From Octopus sinensis (Eukaryota): 64,000 nucleotides of DNA. Where the stretch lies: the NCBI RefSeq assembly GCF_006345805.1, contig NC_043004.1:88660001-88724000 (forward strand), read 5' to 3'. A model generated the notes under the pieces. That model worked only from the letters and a program-made list of their open reading frames with translations. It was not told the origin of the DNA and ran no database searches. Made by a program: the position numbers and the translations under genes. Positions 40,396 to 53,679 of the stretch are shown piece after piece. Within the stretch, counting starts at the first letter, position 1, and every line of letters starts with the position of its first letter.

Positions 40396-41599
40396 ATACA
40401 AAATGGGACAAGAACGCAAAACATCCAGACAGGCGATACAAAGAAAACAAGGACGGGTCATTGCCACGCATCCCAACTTTTGTTAAGAGTATCAATATAT
40501 ATATATATATATTCGTAGTTTTTGTTGTACACGTTTCATGACGTCCTGTGCCCACATATGCATATAGATGTATGTACATATACATATGTATATATACATA
40601 CACACACACACACATATATATATATATGTGTGTGTATATGTATATATATATATGTGTGTATTTAAGCGCAGGAGTGGCTGTGTGGCAAGAAGTTATATAT
40701 ATATATATATCAAATATAACAAGAGCTATAAAAGAATTACTCGAAAGAGCTTCATATTGGAATTGGACTATATTGCTTTAATATATTCTTTTTGGAGTTT
40801 ATTGAGCAGCATTTTGGGAATTTGTATATTGTTCTATATCACCTTAGGAAGCCGAAAAGAGAAAAAAGTATAACCGTAGCATTACGACGTAATTTATTTA
40901 TTGTTTGAACCTATATCATGAATAACAATTAATTGAACTGTTATGACTGTTTTTTTTTCTTAATATTGTTCTTTGCGATGTTAATCAAAAGCAAATTTAT
41001 CACCGTTCGAAATGAAGTTGTAAAACAGAATACAGGAGACAAGATTTATACGGCTACACTTCTCGTCACTATTACTATTTCGCTAGCATGGTTAGTACAT
41101 TACACTAAAGCCACTACACTGCCTTCGGTCTTATGTTTGCATATATATATATCTTTTATCGTGTATTTGTTTCCTTGAAGGAGGCACTGCATATATTAAA
41201 GCACAACTCTCGAACACTACTAAATATACATAATGAGGTACTAAGCACATGCAACCACCGCTTTTTTCACACATTCAAATTCCACCACAAAGCCATTCTA
41301 ACACAAATCCAAATGCCTAAATGACCATACAGTATATTTCCACAATACACCTTAGGTAATCCTAGTAACCTTATAAATCTACATTTTAACTCCTGATCCC
41401 TAATTCCTCTTTCATACTCGAATATCACAACCATTCAATTATATTCGTATGTATATGCGTGCGTACGTATATGCGTGTGTATGTGTATGTGTGTGTATGT
41501 GTATGTGCGTGTGTGTGTATGTATATGTGGAAGGTATATATACCTGCGTGTTCAGGGGCGATAGCTTATCTAAAATAACTATTTCTTAACCCTTTTCTC

Positions 41600-41710
41600 A
41601 CACTGTCTCCGATGAAGGGATATATAAAGTATCCTGGATTCAGCTGTAAGACCTATATATAAATGTTCTAAAATCTTTCACAGCCTTGGATTTTTATCTC
41701 ATTCTGATAA
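41600..41710 (+). mobile_element. Penelope-like terminus with a core-mutated hammerhead motif
   Basis: GTCT-CCGATGA-AGGGATAT-ATAAA-GTATCCT-GGATT-CAGCTG-TA-AGAC (41605-41652). Stems I, II and III can be drawn, but the GAAA core has become GATT. An inverted sister copy lies at 47175-47270. Confidence 0.55.
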
Positions 41711-41752
41711 TTTGTGTGTGTGTGTGTATGTATGCATGTATGTGTGTATGTA

Positions 41753-41992
41753 TACAGTTTTGGCCAAAAGTCACCCAACAGTGAATCAAAATTCCGTAAA
41801 TGCTTAATATTCAATTTTATTTATTCATTCCAATTCTGAATGTTTAATAACTGAATGCTATATATAAATCACCGTTCCTCTTTTTTTTTTCAACATTGTC
41901 TATTTATTATCGAAGTAATCATATTTAAAAATGTTTTTTCATCTTGGAATTAGTTTTGATTTTCTGTCAATTGACTTTTGGCCGACCCGCTA
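41753..41992. mobile_element. Tc1-like MITE (~236 bp)
   Basis: TA-CAGTTTTGGCCAAAAGTCA ... TGACTTTTGGCCGACCCGC-TA. Confidence 0.6.
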
Positions 41993-42249
41993 TGTATGTA
42001 TGTATGTATGTATGTATGTATGTATGTATGTATGTATGTATGTATGTATGTATGTATGTATGTATAGGTTAGTGCATCGTGTGTTCAAGGGATAAATGAA
42101 AGTAAATGAGCAGTAAAACAAGATTACTGCACGTATGTACAGATAATGTTTATATGGTTGAGTACTTCGCTTTGCAGCCACATAGGTTCGTGTTCAATCC
42201 CACTGCCTTCCTGGTAAGTGGATTTGGTAGGCAGAAATTATACAGTATA

Positions 42250-42935
42250 GGGCGGGACGCTGGCAGAAACGTTAGCACGCCGGGCGAAATGCTTAGCGGT
42301 ATTTCGTCTGCCTTTACGTTCTGTGTTCAAACTCCGCCGAGGTCGACTTTCATCCTTTCGGGGTTGATAAAATAAGTACCAGTTACGCACTGGGTTCGAT
42401 ATAATTGAATTAATCCGTTTGGTTTGTCTGTTCTTGTTTGTCCCCTCTGTGTATAGTCCCTTCTGGGCAGTAGGGAAATAAGAAATTATACAGTATTTCT
42501 TCGTACATATATATGTGTGTATTTATGTCTCACCACTTTACAACCGACTTTGGAAGGTTTACGTACTTTAACGTAGTAGTTCGCTAAAACAGACACCTAT
42601 ATAATAAGTGAAGAATATAGAAAGACAAGTACTGAATACTTGTTCGACGAAAGAAAGCTTTTGAAGGCAGTGCCACAGCATGGCCAAGGTTGTATGACTG
42701 AAACAAGTAAGATAATATTTTTTTCTACTCTAGGCACAAGGCCCGAAACATTTGGGGAAGAGGCAAGTCGATTAGACCGACCCCAGTACGCGATTGGTAC
42801 TTAATTTATCGACCCCGAAAAAATGTAAGGCAAAGTCGACCTCGGCGGAATTTGAACTCAGAACGTAAAGACAGACGAAATATCGCTAAGCATTTCGCCC
42901 GGCCTGCTACCGTTTTTGCCAGCTCGCCGCCTTAA
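42250..42935. mobile_element. Inverted pair of SINE family A copies (+ at 42250-42480, - at 42720-42935)
   Basis: Family A sequence on + followed about 240 bp later by its reverse complement. Confidence 0.8.
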
Positions 42936-42974
42936 GTAAAGTAATATTAATCTATGTACGTCTTCTATAGACTT

Positions 42975-43260
<286 letters not shown>

Positions 43261-44422
43261 GTCTGCATTATTACATGACAAAGCAATTTATAAAATGTTT
43301 TAATAAAATCACATTAAGTATATGTAATAAATATAAAAACTATTGTTATATTAAAAATAAATATATTCTATAAACAAATATATTCAATGAAGCAAAAGTG
43401 ATTATATTAAAATAAATTACAGAATTAAAATCTATAATATATGTGTGTGTGTGTGAAGAGAAGTAAATTTTATTCCCGAACCATAGCGTCGGTTTCCCGG
43501 ATTCTGTAGCGTATGTATTTTTCTCCTGGACGGGACGCCGGTCTGTCACGGGATATTTTTGATGGCTGAGTAGATTGGAGCAACGGGAAATGAAGCGTTT
43601 TGCTGAAGAGCACAAGCATCTTCCGGTCCAGGAATCGGGAAAGATGGAGATAAAGTGAGAGAATAGGAAAGAGAAAAATAGAGAATGTGAGCAAGAGAAA
43701 GAATTATCACAAATTATTCAACATCAACAACGTTAAGGTCACCCGTTGCTGCCTAGATAAGATAGCTTACTAGATAACACTCCACAAACAAAATAAGTAA
43801 TCTATCTATATTCTTCCAGGATACCCAATTTGCAAATGCAGATGTCCTCCCTACCTGCTCACTGAGTAATATACAGAGAGTAACTCTCGTTTACTCTCGA
43901 CAAAATTCCGAAGTCACACTCAAACCTCTTTTGTTTTGTTTTTCAAATTCGTATGTTTAATAAACATATACTTAATCTCATTTTGGAATTAGCAAGGCTT
44001 TACATAAATTTAAATGGTGATAAAATAGACTAGTTCCGTCTTTCATTAAACTCTTATCATAGACCGTTTTTTTTTTCTGTCTTCCATTTGTCGTAGTTAA
44101 GGAAATTGAAACAACACCATTCGTACAATGTGTGGATGCACATGGCTTTGTGGTTAGGGTGTTGCATTGATGATCGTAAGATTATAGTTTCGATTATTGG
44201 ACCGAGCGATGTGTTGTGTCTTCTTGGGTAAAACACTTCATTTCATATTCTTCCAATACACTCAACTGGAAAATTTGATTAATCCCATGACTGACAAGGA
44301 GATAATATATACAGCACCGGATCTGTGAGTCTATAGCTCGCAAAGGACCTTAGTAGTACCACGTTCCGTAGATAATAATAGGAATTTGATGACCGGAGAT
44401 AATATCTTTACAATATGAATAA

Positions 44423-44497
<75 letters not shown>

Positions 44498-44499
44498 AT

Positions 44500-45330
44500 T
44501 TTAATCCAAACGGGAAACAAAAAAAACAACAACAACAGGAACAATTACAGTATTATTATTAATAGGCGCTCAGGAAATGGAAGCACGGAGGTATGACGTT
44601 TCGAGCGGAGCTCTTCGTCGGAAACATAAAGAAGGAAGAGAGAGGAAAGAAAGATCCCAGAGCGGGCAACAGGGAAAGAGAAAAAAGACGACTGGTGTTT
44701 ACGAGTTGCACATGGTGAAAGGCGGATGTTGACGATAACAAGAGCAAAGTGGGTTTTTAAAGGCAAAAGAGTGGAGACAAGGTTGGTAACGCAACAGATG
44801 TGTGTGTATGTGTGAGTGTGTGCGTGTGCGTGTGTGTATGTGTGTGTGTGAGGCGAGATGAAAAAACAAAAAAATATATGTGTGTGTTAGTGTGTGCGTC
44901 TGTGTGTAGGCGTGTGTGGTAGGGCGAGACTAGTGGTCAGCTAGCAGACAAGGTCAGTAGTAAGAAAAAGAAGGAAGGATGAAGGAGGGAGGGGAGGAAG
45001 GGTGGGGCGTATGTAGCGTGCCAGCGTGTGTGAGTAGTAGTGTGTGTGTGTCCAGTGTCGTGGTGGTATTAATGGCGAGTAGATTGAATGTGTGTAAGAG
45101 TAATGTATATATATAGGCAATGTGTGTATATGTGTGCGCGTGTGTGTAACGAAAAGGGGGGGGGGTTAAGGAAAAAGGACTCCAGCTGAGGGGAGATGGA
45201 AGAGTGGTCCCGCGGAGACGGGCGTGGGAAAACCCAACGACACGCGACGGTCCCAGGAACGGGCGGGAGGTCTCGTCGGGTCCAAGAGCGAGGTGCATGC
45301 GGCGCGTATGCGTGCGCGAACCGGCGCAAG
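44500..45330 (-). mobile_element. Penelope-like element remnant with a hammerhead motif
   Basis: The minus strand at 44591-44628 reads TATGTTT-CCGACGA-A-GAGC-TCC-GCTC-GAAAC-GTC. It is the same family as 24340-24570 and extends into a GC-richer segment at 45170-45300. Confidence 0.55.
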
Positions 45331-45730
45331 CGCGTGTGTGCGCGCGCCTGCGAGTATGCGCGTAAGTATGTATGTGTGTGGATGTGTGAGTGTGTCTGTG
45401 TGTATGTCTGGGTGGCAGTGTGTCCGATGAATGTATGTGAGTATGTGTGTATGTATGTGTGTGCATAGATGTATGTCCGTGTGTGTGTGTGTGTGTGTGT
45501 ATGTGTGTGAGTGTGTATGTATGTACGTGTGGGTGTGGGGAAGTGTGTGTATGTGCATGTGTGTGCGCGTACATACAGGTGTGTGAGTGAGTGTGTGTGT
45601 ATGTATGTATGTGTGAGTGTGTATGTATGTGTGTGTAGGATATACTTATATCTGAAACTGTGTGGTCAATTGATGCAAATATGTAATATGCTTACGCTTC
45701 TATATTAATTGTTAATTTCCTTTCTTGCAG

Positions 45731-45798
45731 GACCGCCAATTACTGTTCATGGACACATATTGGTCAGGTCAATGGGTCCAATCTCAGAAAGAGACATG
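45731..45798 (+). CDS. Internal coding exon of a Cys-loop ligand-gated anion channel subunit (GABA-A receptor alpha-like, Grd/CG8916-like)
   Basis: Acceptor tttcctttcttgcAG (45729-45730) and donor ATG|gtgagt (45799). Length is 68 bp, phase 1 to phase 0, translating (G)[22 protein letters not shown]. The GPP...[12 protein letters not shown] motif and the 68-bp length match the conserved exon preceding the 'YSMDCYFRQ/YTIDVFFRQ' exon of GABA-A/GlyR-family genes. Flanking exons were not found in the window. Confidence 0.88.
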
Positions 45799-46043
45799 GT
45801 GAGTCTTAATAATTTTTCACGCTGTCTAAACACACGCAAACACACACACGCGCGCGCAAACATGGTATATCGTATATCTTATTTACAGATATATATTGTA
45901 CATTCATATATAGCCATGTATATATACGATATGTATATACGAATATTGTATATTTCTAAGTATGTAGACACACACACATACATACATATATACATACACA
46001 CATATATATATACATATATATATATATGTGTATATATATATAT

Positions 46044-46083
<40 letters not shown>

Positions 46084-46999
46084 GCACACACATACAACTA
46101 TATCGTATTTTTCAGCCTGTGTTTCGTCCCGACTAGTTCACAGTCATTCCATTGTTTTACACTCTGTTATTTTGTTTTGTTTCTTCTGTGTCTAACAGTG
46201 TATATATTACTGATCACGAGACTTTTTTTTTTAAACTCTTAACTCCAATACTAACGACAGTAAGGAAGACGGTATCATCGAACGGAAACTCGGGCAGAAT
46301 TCTCGCAAAAGGGCAGACTCAGTGTTGGATGGTAGTTTTGCAAAGCAGGGAGGCGAATTACGCCTACCACCTAAGTATACCACGGTATAATTTGAACACT
46401 GGAAGCAAATAATCAGAACTAATACGACAAGTTATCCAATCCGACGTTCGTAGCTCCTCATATCTACTCCCTTAAAAGGGTGACGCATAATTTCACCACT
46501 ATTGCGCTAAATTTTCAATACATCAATTCCGAGATCTGATTTCTGCTCTTCGATATGATTAACAATATTCTTGAGAAAGGTATTTCTATTTAGATATTTC
46601 TTCCAAATTCTATGTAATGTGAGAAGCAATTATTGCTATTAAGTTCAGTTTAAACTATACTATCTAAAACAAGATAAATCATTTGTTTGTTCACCGTCCA
46701 CAGAGGGTTTCTACATGTTACAGTCACGATTAACGCAAATATAATGAACTCCAAGGTAAAAAGGGTAACTCAAACCACATATATTAGAGTCTTAAGGGAG
46801 GAATTTTGATTTACAGGATGAATTACGTACTAGACTGTATTATTTTCATACTGTTTTTGTTATCATTCATATTAGAGGCTTTGAAATAACCACATAACTA
46901 AAAGTTTACTCAGTACATACTTACGTACTTATCTCCCCTCCATCTATATATGTGTATGTATGTATGTATGTATGTATGTATGTATGTATGTATATATAG

Positions 47000-47071
<72 letters not shown>

Positions 47072-47134
47072 GAGAAACGACTTACATATATTTTTTAACC
47101 TTATAACACAAGCCTTCTGTAGTTTTTTCACTCT

Positions 47135-47169
<35 letters not shown>

Positions 47170-47174
47170 TTTTC

Positions 47175-47270
47175 GTAATGAGATAAAAAAACAAGGGTGT
47201 GTAGATTTACAACATTTATAGATAGGTCTTACAGCCTGTTTCCAGGATATTTATTATATCCCTTCATCGG
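47175..47270 (-). mobile_element. Penelope-like terminus with a hammerhead motif
   Basis: The minus strand reads CCGATGA-AGGGATAT-AATAA-ATATCCT-GGAAAC-AGGCTG-TA-AGACC, followed by the same downstream sequence as 41652-41705. Confidence 0.6.
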
Positions 47271-47529
47271 ATATATATACAGACACACACGCTGTACCAC
47301 GCTAATAGCTTAGGAGTGAAATTTAGGATTACTCGGTTTGCTGGGAATCGATTTTGATAAAATATTTCCCACTTGGTTTGCACACTGTGGCAACACCATT
47401 GTTATGTTTTCATCATCCTGTGTAACGTCCTTTTTTTTATTTCACATTCTTCAGTTTTTGGGCGAACCACGCTAATAGCTTTTGAATGATAATAGGTCAT
47501 CTAAACATTTATTTTTTTTCAGAAAATAG

Positions 47530-47675
47530 ACGCAGAAGTGGCTTACTTACTAATCACATGGTTCCGGGTTCAGTCCCACTGCGTGGCACCTTCTGCAAGT
47601 GTCTTTTACTATAGCTTCGGGCCGACTAAAGCCTTGTCAGTAGATTTGGTAGACGGAAGCTGAAAGAAGCCCGTC

Positions 47676-47762
<87 letters not shown>

Positions 47763-47860
47763 TTGTCTCCTCCACCACCATCGCTTGACAACCGATGCTC
47801 GTGTATTTAAGTCCCCGTAACTTAGCGATTCGGCAAAAGATACCGGTAGAATAAGTACAA
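47530..47860 (+). mobile_element. CORE-type SINE family B
   Basis: atggttccgggttcagtcccactgcgtggcacc..gcaagtgtctt..ggtagacggaagctgaaagaagcccgtcg(TA)n(TG)n..cttgacaaccgatg. Confidence 0.8.
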
Positions 47861-48508
47861 GGAATGAGTCCTTATATATATATAAGTGTGTGCGTCAAAA
47901 GTGATGGACTGCTAATCTTTAATGCAGAACGTTGTGAAAAATTTATCATTGAAACTTATTCCTTTTTTCATAAAAATAACTACAAAAATTTCGGGCCTTG
48001 CGCCTAGAGTAGAAAAGAATATACAATACTGCTAAGTAAATGCTGTTCTATGACTTTTATATTTTCATCTATGACTACATAATTATTATATCAAAAAACG
48101 AAATTATTTACTTGGGCAAGCTTTTATGTTTTTGTTTTTTCAGTTCGTTTTGTTTTGTTTTGTTTTTTTTAAATTTGTTTTTTCAAAGACATATTGGCAT
48201 CTACTCATTTAATATTAAAGCAGTTTGTTTCCAAATTGAAGATAAGTGACAATTCTAATTGATTCATTTTTCAGGGCTAATTCCTTCGTAGCCGATATTG
48301 GTTTTGTACTTTTAGAGTCCTTTTTACCGTGTCCACTGACTCGACTCTGAGCACGCTATGTTTCATTAATGTCCTAGTTTAATATCTTTTTAATACTCTA
48401 TAGGGAATTAGAGGCAAAAAAAGGAGATTTTCCTACATTGGAGAACAGGAAAATCTATATTACTTCTATTTCTCTCTTACGGAAAATAACGCTATATTAA
48501 ATGTGAAC

Positions 48509-48830
48509 GGTACTCCGTCGGTTACAACGACGAGGGTTCCAGTTGATCCAATCAACGGAACAGCCTGCTCGTGAAATTAACATGCAAGTGGGTGAGCACT
48601 CTAGAGACATGCGTACCCTTACCGTAGTTCTCAGGAATATTCAGCGTGAGACAGAATGTGACAAGGCTGATACTTCGGAATACGGGTACAACTCATATTT
48701 GCCATCTGATTGGACTGGAGCAGCATGAAATAAAGTATCTTGCTGGAGAACACAATGCCCCACCGGGAATCGAATTCACAACCCTCCGATCGAAAGCCGA
48801 ATATCTCTCACCACTCAGCCACGCGCCTCC
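48509..48830 (-). mobile_element. SINE family C
   Basis: Reverse complement of 6762-7069. Confidence 0.75.
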
Positions 48831-48873
48831 ACCAACACCAGATCTATGAACACATTTACGGGGCTCTAATGTT

Positions 48874-49528
48874 TTAAATACAATACAATATTATTTTCTA
48901 TTCTAGGCACAAGGCACAAAATTTGGGGAGAGGGGCCAGTCGATTAGATCGACCCTAGTACGCAACTGGTACTTAATTTATCGACACCGAAAGGATGAAA
49001 GGCGAAGTCGACCTCGGTGGAATTTGAATTCAGAACATAAAGACAGACGAAATACCTATTTCTTTACTACCCACAAGCGGCTAAACACAGAGGGGACAAA
49101 CAAGGACAGATACACGGATTAAGTCGATTACATTGACCCCAGTGCGTAACTGGTATTTAATTTATCGACCCCGAAAAATGAAAGGCAAAGTCGACCTCGG
49201 CGGAATTTGAATTCAGAACGTAACGGCAGACGAAATACGGCTACGCATTTCGCCCGGCGTGCTAACGTTTCTGCCAGTTCGCACCCTTAAATACAATACA
49301 ATATTATTTTCTACTCTAGGCACAAGGTCCAAAATTTTGGGCGAGAGGACCAGTCGATTAGATCGACCCCAGTACGCAAATGGTACTTAATTTATCGACC
49401 CCGAAAGGATAAAAGGCAAAGTCGACCTCGGCAGAATTTGAACTCAGAACGTAAAAGCAGACGAAATATCGCTAAGTATTTCGCCCAGCGTGCTAACGTT
49501 TCTGCCAGCTCGCAGCCTTAAATACAAT
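48874..49528 (-). mobile_element. Two head-to-tail SINE family A copies sharing a target duplication
   Basis: A two-unit copy at ~48900-49288 and a one-unit copy at ~49310-49518. The flank ttaaatacaat recurs at ~48874, ~49288 and ~49518. Confidence 0.8.
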
Positions 49529-52406
49529 TCCATATTAACACATTTAATCCTTTCAGGATCTATAAATTAAGTACCAGTTGCGTACTGGGGTCGATCTAAT
49601 CGACTGGCCCTCTCCCACGAAATTTCGGGTCTTGTACCTAGAGTAGAAACGAATATTATCATATTTAGAATGACTATTTTTAACAACGTTAATTCTTGTC
49701 TAGATAGATTGTAGTTAAAAAGAAACGAATGCGGTTTAAATTCTTTTCCTTTTCGCGTACTATCGGCTTCCCTTTTGTTTAGTTTTGCATACCTTTTGTT
49801 TTCTATGGAAACATGTGTGCTTGTTTAACGTTTGGGTGTTCCCCACTGCAGCAAGCGATATGCGAATTCATGTGAAGCAACTCGCTGGTACACTCCTCTC
49901 TTTCCCCAGCTTTCATATCCCCAATGTCTTCTGATTTAAGGGTGTGAGAGCCGAGAGAAAGTTTACATCTGCTTGTAAACAGAAAGGCATCTAAAGCTTT
50001 GTACATGCTACCAGGTCATACTTGAGAATTTATTTATTTCTCTTAGTCAGAGGCGTCTATTATCTTCTCCGCTGGTCACCGAGACTGGTAAGCGTGGGGA
50101 AATTATTCTGAAACTTGAAACCTTGTCTGCATGTATGCAACAAACAGGACCAAGTAGAGGTATTAAACAGGGCGACAGATTAAGTCTGCAACCGAAAAAT
50201 AAGAATGCTCTTTCTGATGGGCTTCCAAACAGTTTCTGCTTACTAACCTTTTCCGTAACCTCAGTCAACTCGGGCTATGCTAGAACACACAAAAAATGTA
50301 CCCATTGAAATTTAAACTCCTAATTCAATGAGCATTTGCAATACTTCAAACAGACACTTTTCCTTTGTTAATGTTGAGGATTCGCTTTCCGATAGATTAC
50401 ATGAAATGCTTTCAATAATTTTACGTGAGAAAAGTCAAATATGTTACATCAGAACTAGAATTGCTGTGACATTTGATTAGTAAGCTGAAAAGTTGCTAGA
50501 ATTGCGATAAAGAAACGTTGAGGCTAATTAGGATTTTGATAACGCATTCTTGATGGTTTGAAAGACTTCATTTGAAATCAAATTATGGACATTATCAAGA
50601 TATTATCGTAATATTATCAAGACTAATTAAACAGCTATTTTTACTTAATATTGTTCCAAGCTTCATATTGCTATTTTAGTGAATGTCATTAAAACAACAT
50701 TTCACGTTATCTTTTGTGTGGTTTTGTTTGAGATATTTTTTAAATATTTTCCTCGATTTTTTCTTCTTTTAAAACTATTTATTATACACTGATATGGTTA
50801 TTCCTGAGATAAGACATGTATATGCAAGATCTCTTATTATGCAGAGAACTGGTAAAAGTTGTTTAAATCATCTTTCAAAATAGCCTTTCCTGAAATAACA
50901 ATCACGGCAATTTTTAGATTAAAACGACCCTGAAACCATACAATACTACAAGCAATAATTACGTTATGAACTGATGTGGTAGATTTTAATAGATCTAGTA
51001 CTCAACATGACAGAGTGTGAGAGAGAGAGAGAGAGAGAAAGAGAGCGCAGTAAAAGCGTTGCATGGCTTCCTCATAATACCACTTATACAGTAAAAGTGT
51101 CAAAATTACAAGATGTTTCTGTGTAGGAGGAACACAACAAGCTTAGGTATTGCTTTCGGTTGTCACTGTGTAATGAATAATAAACCTCGTACGGATTCAA
51201 AGATTTACGCTATCATTTCACTTCTTTTATTTTTAACTCACGCGTTTATGTTTTCTCTCTACATTAAGACACAATAAGCATAAAAGACCTTGTAACTTAA
51301 AATCCGTAAAATCACACAACAAAATCAAACCTCTTTTAAAACAAATACAACAGTGTTGGACACTGGCTCCTCACTGTTCACTATCAATTAGATAGTTGTT
51401 TAAACCTCTTCTTTATGATGATATGTTGTTAGAAGTGAAAAACCTAATAGCTACATATTGATAAGTTCTGGTGACTTATGATGGATGTTGTCACAAAATG
51501 AGAATTGTTTTACCATGCAGAACCTACAACAGAATCGTTAGTTCGCCCGACAAAATGCTGAGCGGCACTTTTCCGGTTCTTTATGTTTTGAGTCAAAACT
51601 CCAACGAATTCGACTTTGCCTTTCGTCATTTCAGGGTCGATAAAATAAATACTTGTTGAACGGTGGAATCGATTTTATCGATTTACCCTTTCCTCTAAAA
51701 TTGCTGACATTTGGCCAAACTTTGAAGCAATTATTATATCAAAACATCGTTTAGAAACACATTCGATTGATTGATTGATTGATTGAGTAAGTGATTGAAT
51801 GAGTGATTGATTAGTCTTTAGACAGAACAACCTTTATTCAAAGGCAAATAACAAAGTCTACCGACAGAAAACCAGCATGTGGAATATCTGTTGAGTATTT
51901 GAGTGCATATCGCAGATGTTAATCATGGTTTAAATTAATCTTCCATAGACTGGATTCTACGGTAGCCCGATACGTTCTTACAGCGTTTTAGACATCGTAA
52001 TAAAGTTGTGCAAGGTAAAGAAAAGTTAATTATAAAAGTGTTTCTAGACGAGAATAATCCATTTGCAAAGCAGCCGAATTAAACCGTGTGAAGCAAACCA
52101 AAGTTTAATTAAATAGTTAAAGTTGTTTAATCTCCAAGTCGTGGAGTGAATTTGTTAAGAGATACGCTTCTGCAATGTATGTGATCTTTGGTCTCTTTCT
52201 GTCCTTTGGTTTCCTTCCTATATAATATTATATTGTAATCGCCTACCCCCACTCCGTGCATGCATGTGTGTGTGTTTAGTGCATGTGAATTTGCACGTCA
52301 AATAACCAGTATTTAAAAGTCTATATGCATACCTTTATATCCCAAGAGAAAATGTGAAGAGAGTTTATATTACACTTCTATATCTAAGACATGAGGAATT
52401 GTGTAC

Positions 52407-52803
52407 ATTATTTACATTATTTACATTCGACGGATATTTGTCCTCATCTTGTTTGTTGTTAACACAACGTTTCGGCAGATATACCCTCCAGCCTTCTTCG
52501 GGTGTTTTGGGGAAGCCCTAAAATTCTCTCCATAATTGCCCACGGGCATACGGCGTAGTGAATAAGAGCGCGGGGTACTAACCCCAAGATTCCAAGTTCG
52601 ATTCCAAGCAGTGACCTGAACACTAACAATAATAATGATAATAATAATAATAACATCGAAAAATACCTTAGGAATGAGAACACAGATTCGAAATTTCCCC
52701 AAGACACCTAAAAAAAAGCTGGAGGGTATATCAGCCGAAAGTTTGTGTTAACAACAAACAAGATGAGGACAAATATCCGTCGAATGTAAATAATGTAAAT
52801 AAT
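52407..52803 (+). mobile_element. tRNA-headed non-autonomous retroelement with hammerhead-bearing Penelope-like tail and an inverted upstream copy of the tail
   Basis: Inverted arms of ~109 bp at 52407-52515 and 52695-52803. Inside are an A-box-like cggcgtagtga (52551-52561), a B-box GTTCGATTC (52596-52604) and an (AAT)n spacer. The arms contain AACAC-C-CCGAAGA-AGGC..GCC-GAAAC-GTT-GTGTT. Confidence 0.65.
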
Positions 52804-53679
52804 AGAATTTATATTATTGCCCAGGTTTCATTTCGTTGGAATCTACAGTTGGGTGGGTCACTGGGTATAGCATGAAAGCAAAAAAATAAGGAAAGGCATT
52901 TGTTCATGAAATATTTAGTTGCATCATAAAATGACGTAACTATATATTTTGTGAATAGAACCTTATATAGGTGAATTGGGGTATATAATCCAGCTGTGCT
53001 CTGTGAAGGAACACCTGGAGTTGCACTCAGAATGTAAATAATCGGGACAACTAGTGCGAAGTATTCTATTCAACACTCTAGTAATTCTACCAATTTGCTG
53101 AGGGAGAAATATATATATATATGTATGTATGTGTGCCTGTGTGCGTAAACACGCGCGTAATTCTTTCTAGTATCAAAAAAAGACCTGAAATTTGACTAGA
53201 GGATGTTACTCAATTGCGTCGGCTCCAGTTCTCAACTGGTACTTCATTTTATCGACTCCGAAAGGATGAAAAACAAAATTGATTTCGGCGAAATTTGAAC
53301 TCAGAACATAAGGACGGACGTCTGGTGCAGTAACGATTCTCCCTGCTCCTCCGTCTTATATTATATTATATACTAAAATATTTAAAAGGATTTGTTTAGA
53401 TTGCTTTCATACACATTTCAATAATAGATTTTTGAAATTTTTTTCAAAAGTAATACTTAAAAAAAAATATATATATCATTTCATCAGCAAGTGAAATCTA
53501 AATCTGATATAGTAGCAGGATCTTTACTTGTAAAATCTCACAAACAAAAAAATTCGTCCTTCGATGAGACGGAAGCTCCGTTTATATTAGTTTCACTGTA
53601 TGTTGCTGAGTCGTATCCAAGAGATCGATCAGAAAGGCCACTTGGAAGGCCTTGATGGCGGTAGAAACATTATTTACTA

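Noticed and set aside
40705-40781. Peptide NITRAIKELLE resembling the receptor N-terminal helix
   Set aside because: No YD..RP motif, no splice acceptor (it follows a TA repeat), and it ends in a stop.
44954-45574. 206-aa His/Thr-rich ORF
   Set aside because: Derived from (TG)n low-complexity sequence within a Penelope-like remnant.
50123-50308. SRGIKQGDRLS resembling the RT 'GVRQGDPLSP' motif
   Set aside because: No other RT motifs nearby and the surrounding frames are uninformative. The region 49800-50320 remains unassigned.
52538-52615. tRNA gene
   Set aside because: The acceptor and T arms do not close into a cloverleaf. It is better explained as a tRNA-derived SINE head, as are the heads of families A-D.
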